Origin: Squalus acanthias
Lineage: Eukaryota
Assembly (NCBI GenBank): GCA_030390025.1
Contig: CM059432.1
Coordinates: forward strand, 40,426,001 to 40,490,000
Length of the DNA stretch: 64,000 bases
Direction of reading: 5' to 3'
In this document: in pieces, positions 36,601-50,033 of the stretch
Layout: each line of letters opens with the position of its first letter
Position numbering within the stretch: position 1 is the first letter of the stretch
Notes under the pieces: model-generated
What the model was told of the DNA's origin: nothing
The model's input: the letters and a program-made list of their open reading frames with translations, nothing else
Database searches by the model: none
Program-made: the position numbers and the translations under genes

Positions 36601-37266
36601 GGGGTAAAAATTGGGCGCTACCTTCGCCAGGGCACTAATTTTAGTGCCCTGAAAAAGTTAGCGCCCCTGCAGCCGATTTTCCCAAGTAGCGCCCCGAGAG
36701 GGAAGAGGGACGCTACTGGAAGCGCCCCGCGTCCCTCTTGGGGTGCTGCGAACCAATATCGCGGCGCTACGTGCCGCAGCGCCACACGTCGCCGCAGCAC
36801 TTCAGACCTTCCTCCCCTTATTAAAGGGGAGGGGCCTGGCGCAGCACGTCCCAGCACCCAGCTGGACCACCAGGGAATCGAGAGTGCCGGCAAATGAGCC
36901 CAGCACTCAAGAGGAGTGCCGGGCTCACGGAGAGCAGCCGGCACTCTGCGGGGGGACTTCACGGGGGCCGGGGACAGCAACGGGGGCAGGTGCTGGCAGG
37001 CTGCCAGCAACAAAAATGGCCGCCCGCCACCTCTCCTTTAACTAGCACCGCCCCGGCCGCAGATAGGCCCCCCTGACCCCGGCGGACATAGCGTCTGGTG
37101 GTAAGTCTAGGGGCGCCACCCAATATTACAGCCAGGGTGCGAGCGAGGCGCTGCGCACGGCGATGACGTCATCGCCGGCGAGGCAGCGTCACTAACGGTT
37201 AGCGGTGCCGCTAACCTCCCTCTTAGGGCGCTAACGGGAGGCGCAAATCAACTGAATTTAGCCCCC
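36601..37266. mobile_element. PIF/Harbinger-like MITE inserted in an old CR1 fragment (about 36385-37690)
   Basis: GGGGnnnAAATT termini, 3-bp TSD TAT; right end shared with 35487-36368 and 12349-12484. Confidence 0.8.
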
Positions 37267-37855
37267 TATATACCTAAAATCAATAAACTTACACTAAACG
37301 AGTGTGACCCTAAATGGAATGACAAATAAATTCACAAACAAATCTAAGGAGGAAAAATTACCTCTACAAATCCTGCAGGGAAAATGGGAAAAGGGTTCAC
37401 CAGGATGAAGCAAATGCAGAAACACATTGAAAGGGTGATCAGAGGCAAAGGGAGTTCTAGAAAAAAAGGAGCAGCAGCAGAAGCTAAACACAACAGTAAA
37501 ACATTCTCTCAGTATGACAACAGTAAGAGGGCAGTCAGAGAGAAAGTGAAAACCATAAAAGATGAAGTCAGGCTTGAAACTGAATATGAGCACAAAACAG
37601 TAAATATTCTGAATAATTACTTCTTCCAAATATTCAGAAGGTAAGATGTGGGCAATACACCCTCTCCAAACAGAGATAGGACAACAGAGCTTGCTACAAA
37701 TTTTGGGTTGCTGCTTGATATTCTCTCAGGTTCAGCATCGTAGTAATAATTCCAGGAGTACCTTCTCATATAAGCAAACAGTGAAGAATATTTAAGGAAT
37801 CAGTTGGTGCCTAAGCAAATTCTGCTTCTAAATATTCCTGTACAATCAAACATAC

Positions 37856-37983
37856 CTTTCCGTCACTTATTATGTCCAGCCTGTGCCAATGCTGGTCTGC
37901 AACAAAGACACCAGATGGCAACTGGAGATGGAGTGATCCTGAACCATGGCTAATGCTGAGTGAAGGAACTCCATTCCTGAGCT
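37856..37983 (-). CDS. cadherin exon 12, laminin-G 1 (ELRNGVPSL...VADQHWHRLDIISDGK)
   Basis: Not in the ORF track. AG/GT flanks, 128 nt, LamG DxxWH motif. Confidence 0.88.
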
Positions 37984-38656
37984 CTGTGGGGGAAAAAGTG
38001 ACAACTTAGAACTTGAGTGGACATAGATCTTAAAAACTCAGATTTTGAAAAGAAAATACTGATTGCTCAAAAGCTTTACCCTCAATTAAAAATGGAGATA
38101 TTCAGTTTACTCAAAATATAAGAATGGTGCTAAGGAGTAAATATAAAAGATAAACTCCCTAAAATATTGAGATGTGTTTTTAAATTGCACATTGAGGTTC
38201 GAGTGGTAAATGAACTTTTCTTGTTTATTCCAACTATATGAATAATGGAGAATTTGTCCAGTCCTCCAACCCTATTGCTTAGTCATTGCTAGATGTCTTG
38301 TGTGTTAGGGAATGCAAAAACGGCTCCCACTCAATCATTGGCCAATTATTCCTCTTGAAAGCCTGCATGAAAGGGCACTAGGTGAGGATGGGAGCCAGGT
38401 TTGGCTTTAATGATCCTCAATATTCACTGTCCAGGATGACACGACAGAAATTAGAGGACCACTGCTGTCCAAGGAACCCATCAAGAGTCACAACCTTTTG
38501 GAGAAAAGGGCATGGGGAGAAATTCAGAATGAAACCAAATATTAAAAAGTTATCAAGTTGAAGGCTAGTAAAAAAAATCTGGTTGAATTATGTTCTATAA
38601 TTATAAAATATTCATAAAATAGAATTTCATATTCCTTCTGTGCCCGACATTCATAC

Positions 38657-38871
38657 CTAACGCGATGAAGTCTTCAAGCTCTCCAGAATGCACATGCGTG
38701 AGTGGTCCATCGTAGAGCATAAGCCCATTGGCAGTTTCAGTGAGGAACTCTAGAGAAATTAGGCTCTTGAAGCAAGGCTTGATGGGAGGAAACCAGGCAT
38801 AACCATGACCTTTAAATGTGTACCTTGTCTGCTGACATTCTGGCCCATCAAACATTGGATTGCATTGACAC
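38657..38871 (-). CDS. cadherin exon 11, end of EGF1 and start of laminin-G 1 (CQCNPMFDGPEC...EDFIAL)
   Basis: AG/GT flanks, 215 nt. Confidence 0.92.
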
Positions 38872-40108
38872 CTATCCATGCAAAGAAGGAACAGATTAAT
38901 AATTGCATAACTCAAAAGCAAAAAACGCATAGGCTTATTATAGCATTTTGAATGACGTGGGAGTTTAGAAGGTAGGAAAGTTTACAAAAGGGAAATCTGT
39001 TGTAGAAATTCACAGGCACAGGTAAGACACAACAGAAGGTGATTCCTGGTGATGACGTCAATGCGCATTTATCTGCTGGGATGCAGCAATGCAGATACTG
39101 CTCCTCTGTTAATGCCATGTAATTGGATTCTGGCTTGTAGACCCATTGGAAGGGATAACGTCTCCTACTGTCTCCTTGTTTTATTCTTTCTCATTCTGCT
39201 ATTGTAAACCATTGGTGAACACTCCACTCATATGCTGAACTGAATAAACTGGCTAAAAGTGAGTAAATGCAACAGCTTTTAAAACGACTGTATTCAAACA
39301 AGTGTATTTAATGCGCCAAATGACCGGTTAGCTCAATGCTATTATGCCTTAACAAATGGTTTAATTGGGGCTTAAGCCTTCCTCTACGAATACTTCACAG
39401 CCGAGTTTGTTTTGTGCACAAGGATCAGACTTGCTAAAAGTGATTGATGCCAAAGGACGTAAGCAGTAAGAAGATGAAAGCATTACTGTACACAGTCGTA
39501 GTAGAAATGATTTAAGTCATATAGAACTCTCCAAAACATTCTGAAGTTTTTAGTTTGTTTCCTTAACTAATGGCTAGTATATTACCTCATCGGTACTACC
39601 TGAACTATGCAATATGCTGTTGAATCTCACCCCAGTTACACTGAAGGGGAGATCTCTGACAGCAGTTGTAACAGAGAAACAACTGCACATGTGCAAACTT
39701 GTTGCACTCAGTTATTGACAAGTTGTGATGCCAACGTTAATTTTCTGGCACTGCACCTTCCTTGATATTAAGGGGAGCTCTGTAGAGGCCAGCAATACAA
39801 AACCCGAGCTTACAGCACACCTGTGGCCAGAGAAATGGCAGCCCGCAGTGTCCAGCGCCATCAATGGTAACCATTTATATTTTATACTTTGACAGTGTTT
39901 GCCTTCAGCAATATGGGGGGGCTAAGCACTTCTTGAGGTTGTCCTCATTTATGTCACAGTGCTGCTCACAGTCAGTGCTGCCTCTGGTGGTAGATTTATT
40001 TGAGGCATTTTCAGCACTTGCAGACAGTAAAATAGCTTAAACAGGGAAATAAACTGATCAGAGGTTAAACCAATAAAGAAGCTAATATGCAACATGCTGC
40101 TGAATTAC

Positions 40109-40386
40109 CTGTAGCCCAAATCAGTATCAACACAAGTGCCACCGTTTAGACATGGATTAACTGGATACGAGGAACAGGTCAAACGTCGCCCTTCCCGAGC
40201 TGTACAGATACACTGAGCAGTGGTAGATGTTGTTATGGAAACTAAGGAAATATTTTCCGCATTCAGCACTGTTGGAATTGGGCTAAAAGCGGTGCTGCTT
40301 GTACAGCCAGTCCCCGTCCCACAGTCTGCATTCACACACTCGTCCACAGCAACCTGGGATACGCTTACATTTAAGGTAACTTCCAG
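40109..40386 (-). CDS. cadherin exon 10, Cys-rich region and EGF1 (LEVTLNV...CLNGGTCVDTDLGYR)
   Basis: AG/GT flanks, 278 nt. Confidence 0.92.
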
Positions 40387-41846
40387 CTACAAGTAAACAA
40401 AAAAAAATCATGATGCTAAATGTAATGTTTTATGTAACATTTTGCAGAAATGAATGATGCAAATATATATAATGAATTAAAAATGGACGCAAGTCATCAC
40501 AAAATATAAAATTCAAGAAATTTTGTTATCACTAATTGTGCACCACAGAAGGATAGGATATGGGTTTTAACCCACTAGTCTCCATCATTTGTCGCCCTGT
40601 CTTGAGAGAGGCCCTGTTGGGGGGGGGGGGATGTTAAGTGGAGGTGAGGCAGTTTCTCATAATGAAGATCAGAGAGGATCAACTCACACTGCTCTCCTAC
40701 ACCTCCTAGTGACCAGCTGCAGAACAGCATTGGCAAGAGCCGAGGAACAGAGCCCCTGGTTTCCCTCGAGGTTAGGAACCGATGTATGATTGGAGGGGAC
40801 CTTAAGGAGGAGCAGAAAATGTCTTACAAATTGGAAAAAATAATGCAAGGCAAACACGTTAGAATTTTGTTGCAACTTTGTTTTCAAATTCTCTCAGGTT
40901 AGAGTTGTTCACGAATATTGTTTGTATCATCCATGAAACATGGATAAACATCTCCGCGAATATGTTTCCCAAGTTTTGTGGAGATCATTTCATATTGGAG
41001 AACTGACAGTATTGTACAAACACAATTATTCTGCAGTGACATCAGTAGAAGTTAAAATGAAACTCTGGCTTTAAAATGAGCTACTTGTGAAATTGTACTA
41101 ACACCACTAACACGCAGTAGCCATTCACAATAATATTCTAATAAATAATGACTGCATTATTAGTTTCATAATTCTTTACCATTAAAGAAACAAAGTCATC
41201 CCACTTCCTTTTTAAAACTTGCTTTTGTATGACCCCCATGAATAGCATTTAGTTAGAGAGCCTGCTGTATTGGTATCATCTGATTCAGAATGTAAAATAT
41301 TAAATTGGAAAGTATGTTTTGCTGAATTGCCTCACAGTGTATTGTCTCATTCATAATATTAGTAGTTTGGAACCTTATGATATCATATATGGAGAGTTCT
41401 ACACAGAGGGGGCAATTTTCCAAATGTACAGTGTTAGCAGGAAACCACACCCACTAGCAGCACATACAGGAAAAACGTGGCGAGGGCCATTAAAATTAAT
41501 GGATGGAAAATTGTGGGCATTGCTGTTTCCCACTATGAGCTATCAGTAGGCGAGGTTCCCCATTGACAGCGATAACTCAGAAAATTACCTCCATAGTTGT
41601 CTGCTGAGACTTCCTCCAGCAAGATGTCTTTAAAGTATAGAATATGGCAACAAAAGGTGACTGAAAGGCTTTGATATGTATACTGATATCTCCCTTTATT
41701 ATATTTAGGTTTTACAGGGCAATTCAGTAGAATATACTCATCCTCTAATATGATTAGCTTTGTAAATGTTAATCATGAGAAACCTTTATGGAAAGTAACT
41801 GTGCAACTTTTAGTGAAACACATCATAAGCTCTAAGAGGTACATAC

Positions 41847-42079
41847 CTTAGCTTTGGAAGCTGCCACGTTGCCATTCATTTTCTCAGCCTTGTAGAATGG
41901 AGACCCTTGTGCCGCATACCAGACATCTACTTCTCTAACTCGACCGTTGACATTCACAACACTGAAAATATCAATGTTATCCAGCTGTGCTGGAATAATT
42001 TCTGCTAAGAACCTCTTTAGCTTGGTGTATTTGCTTTCTTCAGCAGCAGACTGGGAGATAAACTCTTCTGCTGTGATAT
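41847..42079 (-). CDS. cadherin exon 9, NC (non-chordate cadherin) domain (DITAEEFI...AQGSPFY...KAK)
   Basis: AG/GT flanks, 233 nt, IDIFSV and GSPxY motifs. Confidence 0.92.
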
Positions 42080-43458
42080 CTGTTTGGAAAAAAATCCATT
42101 TTACTTGAAGGCTGCATTTATATGTTAACCTGTCTAATGTGCCACAACATGAACCTTTCTTAACTCTTTGAGCATCGTGGCTTTTGAAACTTGTGCAATA
42201 ATTGCACAATAATTACAAATGGTATTTCCTGCTGAAAATGTTTTGAAAGTGATGCTAAGGTAACAAAGAGCCGTAGAATATTTTCTAGTTCACAGTATCA
42301 CTGAATAAACATCAGCAGTAGTCAGCCTCAGAACTGAAGAGCTCCATTGCTGGTCTTGAAATGGCTCATTCTTGGCCAGGCATTCATTTCATTCAAGCAA
42401 GTGAAGGATTCAATTCAAACTTTATTCTGTTTTAACTGGAAAGCCATAGGATAGGTTTCAATAGATTGTAAATTATAAAGATAACATGACAGTGTATTCA
42501 TACTTGATTCAGTAATAGAAGAATTTGGAATTCTGTATTCTCTCAGATTATTATGGTTTGTCTGATTTGCCAACATTATATCCACTGCTATTGGACGTGA
42601 GAGGCTATGAGGATTTTTTGGTAGGCCCGGCCCAAATCAATTTGAGAACCACCTGTTTAGGGCAGAGGCTGAACCAGTTGTAAAGGGCTGGAGATGAACA
42701 TTGGGAGCAATTCTGCATTCTGAGCAGGGGGAAAAAGGAACATAACCAATGCCAAAAAAAATTGGGAAGACACATTTCTCCCTGGTGGTTGTGCCTATGG
42801 TCTAGGGGAATATCCAGGTGTGAGTGTCACTTGAAACTAGGGGCTGGATTTTGGTGTCCAAGTCTGTGGTACAGTGGATTGGCTTGCTGCACCACAAGGC
42901 TTCTAAATAACTAACCTCATGTAAGATCTGAGGTTTGTATGAATTAATGTTTCCCTACAGATATGAGGAATAAACTCCCAGCTGAAGCAATTAGTTCAGT
43001 GCTAGTTAATTGCTTTAATATGAGCTGGGTGAATATCTGGTAAGGAACAGGATTGGGGGGGTGTCACTGTACATGGCTAAATACAGAGATAATTGAATAC
43101 ATTACGGTTACTGAGCTTTGAGGACCATGGTACTGTCAGAAAGTAATTATCAATAATGTATCGTGTTGTATGTATTTTGCTTGATTTATCTTTGGGAAGA
43201 GGGCAGGAAAATCTCTGCAGAATATTTCCTAAGGAGATTGAATAGGTTGGGTAGATGCCATGATACAATAGTTTGTACATGATCTGTGGAAGGAATGGAC
43301 TTGGTGGGCCAAATGGCCTTTTCTCATTCCACCCTTTCTTATACATTTAATGGATGCATATATGTTCTCCTGGTGTTCCTACATTCTTAAGAAATGTGTA
43401 GAAAATTGTATTAATGTTCCAATGAAATCTATAGTATAAGAAATGGTTAGATGCTCAC

Positions 43459-43643
43459 CATTCAGTCTAAGAGAGCCAGCATTGTATATGGCAGCCTCCT
43501 CCAATTCTTTGACAACAACATTTACAGTTGAAACTACATCTGGCCAGGTGCCATCTGCCACTTTGACCTGGAAGCTATACGCACCAGAGGGTGCACCTTC
43601 AATAATACTCAGTAAGCCGGAACTTTCATTGAGGACAAAATGT
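43459..43643 (-). CDS. cadherin exon 8 (HFVLNESSG...AGSLRLN), end of last repeat and start of NC domain
   Basis: AG/GTGAG flanks, 185 nt. Confidence 0.9.
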
Positions 43644-44297
43644 CTGAAACAAACATGCATAATTGATTAATTAATAAAACAAAAGAATTTAGCATCATGT
43701 ATTCTCCCCTTTCTCCACTCTGAGCTGGCATTTATTGCCTCAGGTTGTGCCTCCAAGTTATCTTCTGCAATTGCCCACATATGGTGAGTTCCCAGATTTG
43801 ACTGAGTTTCACAGCAAGCGGAGGTTAGACATTTCTCCAGAGGAAAAGAGGAAAATTGTCAGATAAGTCACTCTAGACGCCTCTTGCACAACCTCCAGGT
43901 AGGACTGTCCAGTCCAAAATCACGTAGGGTTAGTGTCTTGGAAGGTGTTACTCACACATGGACAAAGCTATGGACAACCTTGCTTGCACGTGCATGGACC
44001 TATGGAAACACCCATGAATTCACGAAGACACAGATGGAGTCCAAGCAATTTTCAAAATGCAATGATTGAAAACTGGACAGCAAAACTGTGGATTTCAGTT
44101 AGTTACTGGACCGACACCCCTAAAACTGGAATGTCAGGTCAAAACTGGATGAGTGTCCACCTGACTTCCGGCTCAAGCATGTAATGGAAAAGGCCTCAAA
44201 TAGGCTTGTAGCATAGTTGCCCTCTATAGAATGTTGCATAGTAGCCTAAAGGTAGGGGGAGTTGAAATATGTTATTAAAAATCAGAACAGAGAGTAC

Positions 44298-45428
44298 GGT
44301 CTGGATTTTCATGGGGAAGGTGGGTTGGGGGCGCTGATGTGGACGGGAAACCCGGGAGAATGGGTCTCCCGTAGGCCCTGCCGACTTTAACAGCAGAGCC
44401 TGATTTGCATCTGAAGCCTCTGTTTCCCACCCGCAGCCAGCCAGATGGAGAGGCTGAATGGCTCTGGGCGGGTAGGCCTGCGGCACAGAGGAGGGAGGGA
44501 TCGAGTGGGGTCCGGTGCTGGCCTTCGGTGGATCGGGGGGGTGGGGGTGGATAATGAAGATCGAGGACTCTGGATGATTCGGGGGTGGGGGATGTTGGAA
44601 ATGAAGATCAGGGGCGTCCGGAGGATTGTGAGAGGGAAAGAAGATCAGGGCTGCCCACCAGAGGACCAGGGCCATCCTCAAGATCATTGGTGGGGGCATG
44701 GAGGGAAGAGCAAATCGGGGCCAGCCACCGGAGGATCGGGGCTGGACTCAGCATCATCAGAGGGGGAGTGGGGATCCAGGAAGGCCATCGGCGGCCTCAT
44801 GGGAGGTCTCCGATCACGGGGGGTGGGTTAGGCAGTGACCCTGTATCCAGGAGGTAGTTATAAAGACACGTACCTCCTGGATCCAGCAGTCCTCGCCTTG
44901 CTGTAACTGTCGGGTTTTACGAAGTGTGTAAAACCCGACCAGCTAGAGTTAAAAACAAAATGGTGGTTAACGAGACTTCCAGCCTCATTATAGGAACATA
45001 GGAACAGAAGGAGGCCATTCAGCCCCTCGAGCCTGTTCCACCATTCAATGAGATCATGGCTGATCTGCGATCTAACTCCATATACCCGCCTTTGGCCCAT
45101 ATCCGTTAATACCTTTGGTTAACAAAAAGCTATCAATCTCAGATTTAAAATTAACAATTGATCTAGCATCAATTGCCATTTGTGGAAGAGAATTCCAAAC
45201 TGTGTAGAAGTGTTTCCTAATTTCACTCCTGAAAGGTCTGGATTTAATTTTTAGACTATGCCTCCTGGCAGTGGGTTGGTTGCCCGCCCGCCCCACCGCC
45301 CCATCCCGCCTCTGTTAAAACCGGAAGTGGGTGGGTTGGAGGGGGTTTAGATCGGGATTATGATCTTTAACAATTTAACTACGTCCACAGTCCAAACCCA
45401 CCCATTTTTTTCAGGGAAAAATTCCCCC
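44298..45428. mobile_element. probable non-autonomous DNA transposon with a nested minus-strand CR1 3' end (44990-45265)
   Basis: Imperfect terminal and subterminal inverted repeats; the nested CR1 tail matches 1340-1639. Confidence 0.5.
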
Positions 45429-45607
45429 CCTATAAGTTTAACAGTGACATATTCTCGTATTTGTGGTGTGAAATCTTCTGCGGGATATTAGCACACCAAC
45501 ACTAACACATTTTTATGGTAATACTACACAGTGCGATTTCACTCCATTAGTACTTTTCTTTGTTCAATTTTTTTACGTGCTTGACAGAACAGCAAGAGAC
45601 TACACTG

Positions 45608-46237
45608 AAAGTTAACATGCAGGTACAGCAAGAGTAAAGATGTCTTACTGCAATTATATAGGGCCCTGAAGAGATCACAGCTGGAGTATTGTGTACAGTT
45701 TTGGTCTCTTTACCTAAGGAAGGATATACTTGCCATAGAGGGAGTGCAACGAAGGTGCACCAGACTGGTTCCTGTGATGGGGGGATTGTCCTATGAGGAC
45801 AGATTGAGTAGACTAGGCCTATATTCTCTAGAGTTTAGAATGAGAGGTGATCTCATTGAAACATACAAAATTCTTACAGGGCTTGACAGGGTAGATGCAG
45901 GGAGGATGTTTCCCCTGGCTGGGGAGTCTAGAACCAGGGTTCACAGTCTCAGAATAAGGGATCGGCCGTTTAGGACTGAGATGAGGAGAAAGTTCTTCAC
46001 TCAGAGGGTGGTGAATCTTTGGAATTCTCTACCCCAGAGGGCTGTGGAGGCTCAGTCATTGAGTATATTCAAGACAGTGATCTATAGAGTTTTGAATATT
46101 AAGGGAATCAAGGGATATGGGGATAGTTCAGGAAAGTGGAGATGAGGTAGAAGATCAGCCATGATCTTACTGAATGGTGGAGCAGGCTCAAAGGGCCAAA
46201 TGGCCTACTCCTGCTCCTATTACTTATCTTCTTATGT
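45608..46237 (+). mobile_element. CR1 LINE 3' fragment
   Basis: [19 protein letters not shown] and FFTQRVVNLWNSLP motifs, CR1 3' UTR. Confidence 0.9.
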
Positions 46238-46296
46238 ATACACACACACACATACACTGTACACATTCTTTTCTAATACAATCCAGATTTGCTTAC

Positions 46297-46390
46297 CTTG
46301 GAGATGCTCCTTCAAATCTGTATCTTTTATCGTCCCAGTCATCTAGATCAGGAGCTTGTACCTTTCCTAGCTCAGTGGTAGCAAGTAGAC
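46297..46390 (-). CDS. cadherin exon 7 (GLLATTELGKVQAPDLDDWDDKRYRFEGASPR)
   Basis: Not in the ORF track. AG/GTAAG flanks, 94 nt, bridges phases 1 to 2; carries the DxDDWD motif seen in DN-type last repeats. Confidence 0.88.
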
Positions 46391-47237
46391 CTAATACAAT
46401 CAACACAGCACAGTCTTCAATGATCACTTGTGTTCTACAATAACAACTCTTGGCAGATCACAGATACTGCATTTCAAATATGCTCATGACTTAGATAACA
46501 TAGCTTTCAAAAAGATGAACATTCAGCGATTTAATGTACCATGTCTCAATTTCCAGAGCTTTGGAATGTTAGCTGTACAAAATAAATAAAAGTTAACCAA
46601 TGAATCAGTGACATGACATTGCACATCCACCATTCTTGGAAAACTGCATTATTTGATATATTCTCCCTCTGATTTTCTTCCCTTAACCCTCCTCTCCTCA
46701 AGGCACCAACACATGCTGGGATACTATTGCATGGGTGGCTGTTGCCCTTTGGAACCTCACCAAAATGGTTATTCTTCATGTGAGAGTCTGGACTTAGAGT
46801 GTGATCATGAAATTGTAACATAATGTCCAGATGCAAACTTTACAGCAGGACACACAGATAGTGATCAGGAGTGATGTGCGGAGTCTGTGGGGGGACTGGC
46901 AGCATGATGAGGATCTTAATATTGATATTAAGGGGCATGAGGAAAGTTGGGTGCAACTTATCTAAAACAGAGTTAAGCATTTTACAAAGTATTACCAAGT
47001 ATTTATAGCACAGAAACAGGCCATTCGGCCCAACAGGTCCATGCCAGTGTTTATGCTCCACACGAGCATATTTTGGCTGTGAAGGTCAATTAAAGGCATT
47101 AGTAGCCAAATGGCAGTTGTAGTTGTTAGTGGGTCCATCCTGGTGTCACTAATGGTTTATAAACTACATTTTGTTTAAGAATGCTGGTTATTGCCTCTCT
47201 GGAGATCACATTGCATCTTTATGGAATAACTCCTTAC

Positions 47238-48855
47238 CATTGTAATTATAAACTAGAAATTCCATACAGCCAGCTGAGTGGGGATGGTCATTCACATCTC
47301 CAATGGTGACAGTTAAAGTGTTTGTGGAACTCATGGGTGGGGATCCGCTGTCAGTAATAATCATCGGCAGGTAGAAGATCTTTTGGTCCTCCCTGTCAAA
47401 CATGCGGAGAGCTGTAAGACCAGCGCTGCCATTGCCAAAATCTTTCAAAGCAAAGCCAGTAGAATTACTGTGTTGAGTTAATAAGGTGAATGAGAAGGGA
47501 GCTCCATTCACTGGGCTATCTTTGTCTTTAGCGTAAATCAATGCTGAGGTCTGATTTAACTGGATTACTTGGGGCGCAGCTGTGTTTTCCCAGACAATCG
47601 GTGTATAAGGAACCTCAAATTCTGGCCCATTGTCATTGACATCACGCACAGTTAAAATGACGGCCGCACTCCCCGTCAGAGCTGGATTTCCCAGGTCGGT
47701 GGCCAGCACCACCAGGCGGTGCTGTGGCATTAACTCACGATCCAAAGCACTGGCTATTGTAACCCAACCATTGCTATCAACAGAGAACTGCCCGAGTGGA
47801 TCTGAATCATTTGTGATGTTGTAGGTAAACTTTCCATTCTGGGCAGAATCCAAATCGACCGCTGATACCTGGACAACTCTAGTTCCAATGAAGACATCTT
47901 CCAGCAATGGATCAGCGTCGTAAAACTGTGGGTAGAAGACTGGAGCATGGTCATTGTAATCCTCCACATCAATGATACAGGTGGCGAAGCTGGAAAAGTC
48001 CACATCTTCTGCTTTAATAGTTAAATTGAACCTCCTCTCATGAGACTTCTCGTAATCGAGTTTTTTCTTCAACTTAATCGTGCCACACTTCTTGACTTGA
48101 TTTGTTTCAATGAAAAATTTATGATCTTCGTCACCATCCATGATACTGAATGTTATCAGGGCATTTTCTCCCTCATCAATGTCAGCGGCAGACGCAACAA
48201 GAATCTCATTGTTGATCTCAGTATTTTCAGAAATCTTTGCTCTGAAGACACTTTGCGTGAAGACTGGAGCATGATCGTTCACATCTGAAACAAAAATGGT
48301 GGCTGTCCCCGTCCCTGTCAACCCACCTCCATCTCGAGCTTCTACCACAACTAAATACTTATCTTCTTTCTCTCTGTCCAGAGAACCCAGCACAGTGTAT
48401 ATAGTGCCAGTAGAAGAACTGATGGAAAACAGGTTGAGGTTGATTTCGTTGCGAACATTCTGGATAATTCTATATGTCAATACTGCATTTTTTCCAGTCT
48501 TAGGGTCGTCCAAATCTGTCGCAGTCATTTCCATAATAGAAGTGTCTGCTGGGGAATTTTCTGGAACATATCCCATGAAGCAGCCATCAGAAGCACATAG
48601 AAACAACGGCAGGTTGTCATTCACATCATGCACCTCAACAATTACATCAGAAAAACCCGTGAGTCCTTCACCATTTTCATCAGTGGCGAGAACGAGGAAG
48701 CGCCAGATGGATCGTTCCTCGCGGTCTAATTTTTTTCTTGTGTAGATTTTACCAGTGAGCTCATCAATGGTAAATTCACTGTTAGCCCCCTGCCCATGGA
48801 GAGAGTAACGTAAGGCACTCTGGTCTGCTTCCTGGTCTGGGTCAGTAGCCGAGAC
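47238..48855 (-). CDS. cadherin exon 6, large exon encoding about 5 cadherin repeats (VSATDPD...VYNYN)
   Basis: AG/GT flanks, 1618 nt open frame with five DxND linkers and LDRE/LDYE motifs. Confidence 0.95.
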
Positions 48856-49727
48856 CTGAAGAAGTGGAAGAAAAATATAAGGATCACTTTCTATATAGAT
48901 ATTAGTCCCAGAGCTCATTAAATCTGGTAATGTTTTTAACTAAAGTACAGTGTAGTGCTATTTAAACACTGGTGACAGAAAAAGCTATGTTCCAGATCCT
49001 TGCTAACCATCTTTTGCATCAACTCCCGAAGAAAGCCAACAGTTCAAAATGTGGAAAACTTTTTTTTTAAATGTCAAAGTGTTTTTTGTTAATTTTATTT
49101 TCTCCAACTTCCTTTCCCTGCTAGGTCTTCCTCACCACGCACTGGACCCCAGAGGAAAAGGCAAGCTTGACACATCACTCCAGGCTTCTGCAAATGCCAC
49201 CCTGCCGACTAGGACATGTGTGAGATGTAATTCGCTCACTGATTTCACTTCCCTTCTGTAGGGAAACATCTGATCTCTGCTCAGTGCTTCATAATGGCAA
49301 CGCTGTGGAATCACCGGGTGGGGAACTGTGGGCTTTCTAACAGTTTGTTGCTTCCAGTACTTTTGATGTAACCACTAAAACATTGTACTGCCACCAGTGA
49401 CTTATTAAATGGGGTGCAAAGGCATTTATGTCAACAACTTGATGGATTCCTCACCGGCACACATATGTTCTGTCATTTTGCTCATTAGCCTTAAATAATC
49501 AGCTACTGGCATTTGTAAAAGTCTCTGAAACATTTTTTGAAAAATCATAAATGTTCTAATTTGAATATCAGCTTGAACTTCAATATGCTGACAGCAATCT
49601 CATCAGACAGATGCATCCCTCAACCTCAGAGTTTCATTTGTTTTGCAACTTTACTATGCTCTCCCTTTAACATGTGGTTCCATTGTTCGTGACAAATTGT
49701 GGCACTGATAGGTTTCCTAAATTAGTC

Positions 49728-50033
49728 CTAAAAACAGAAAATGCTGGAAATACTCAGCAGGTCAGGCAGCATCTGTGGAGAGAGAAACAGAGTTAACGTT
49801 TCAGGTCGATGACCCTTTGTCAGAACTGGAAAAAGCTGGAGATCAAACAGGTTTTTAAGCAAGTGCAGGGGCAGGGAAAGGGGGGAGGGGAGGAAAGAAC
49901 AAAAGGGAAGGTCTGTGACAGGATGGAAGGCAGGAGTGATTAAGAGATGGTGCAAGGCCTGACCTGCTGAGTATTTCCAGCATTTTCTGTTTTTATTTCA
50001 GATTTCCAGCATCCACAGTATTTTGCTTTTGTA
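49728..50033. mobile_element. Penelope pLTR inverted/direct fragment pair
   Basis: Minus pLTR piece then plus piece from 49957; flanking 14-bp direct repeat TTCCTAAAT(T/G)AGTC. Confidence 0.85.

Noticed and set aside
47206..48918. 570-aa ORF as a stand-alone protocadherin gene
   Set aside because: It has splice sites at 48855 and 47238 in phase with neighbouring exons, so it is an internal exon.
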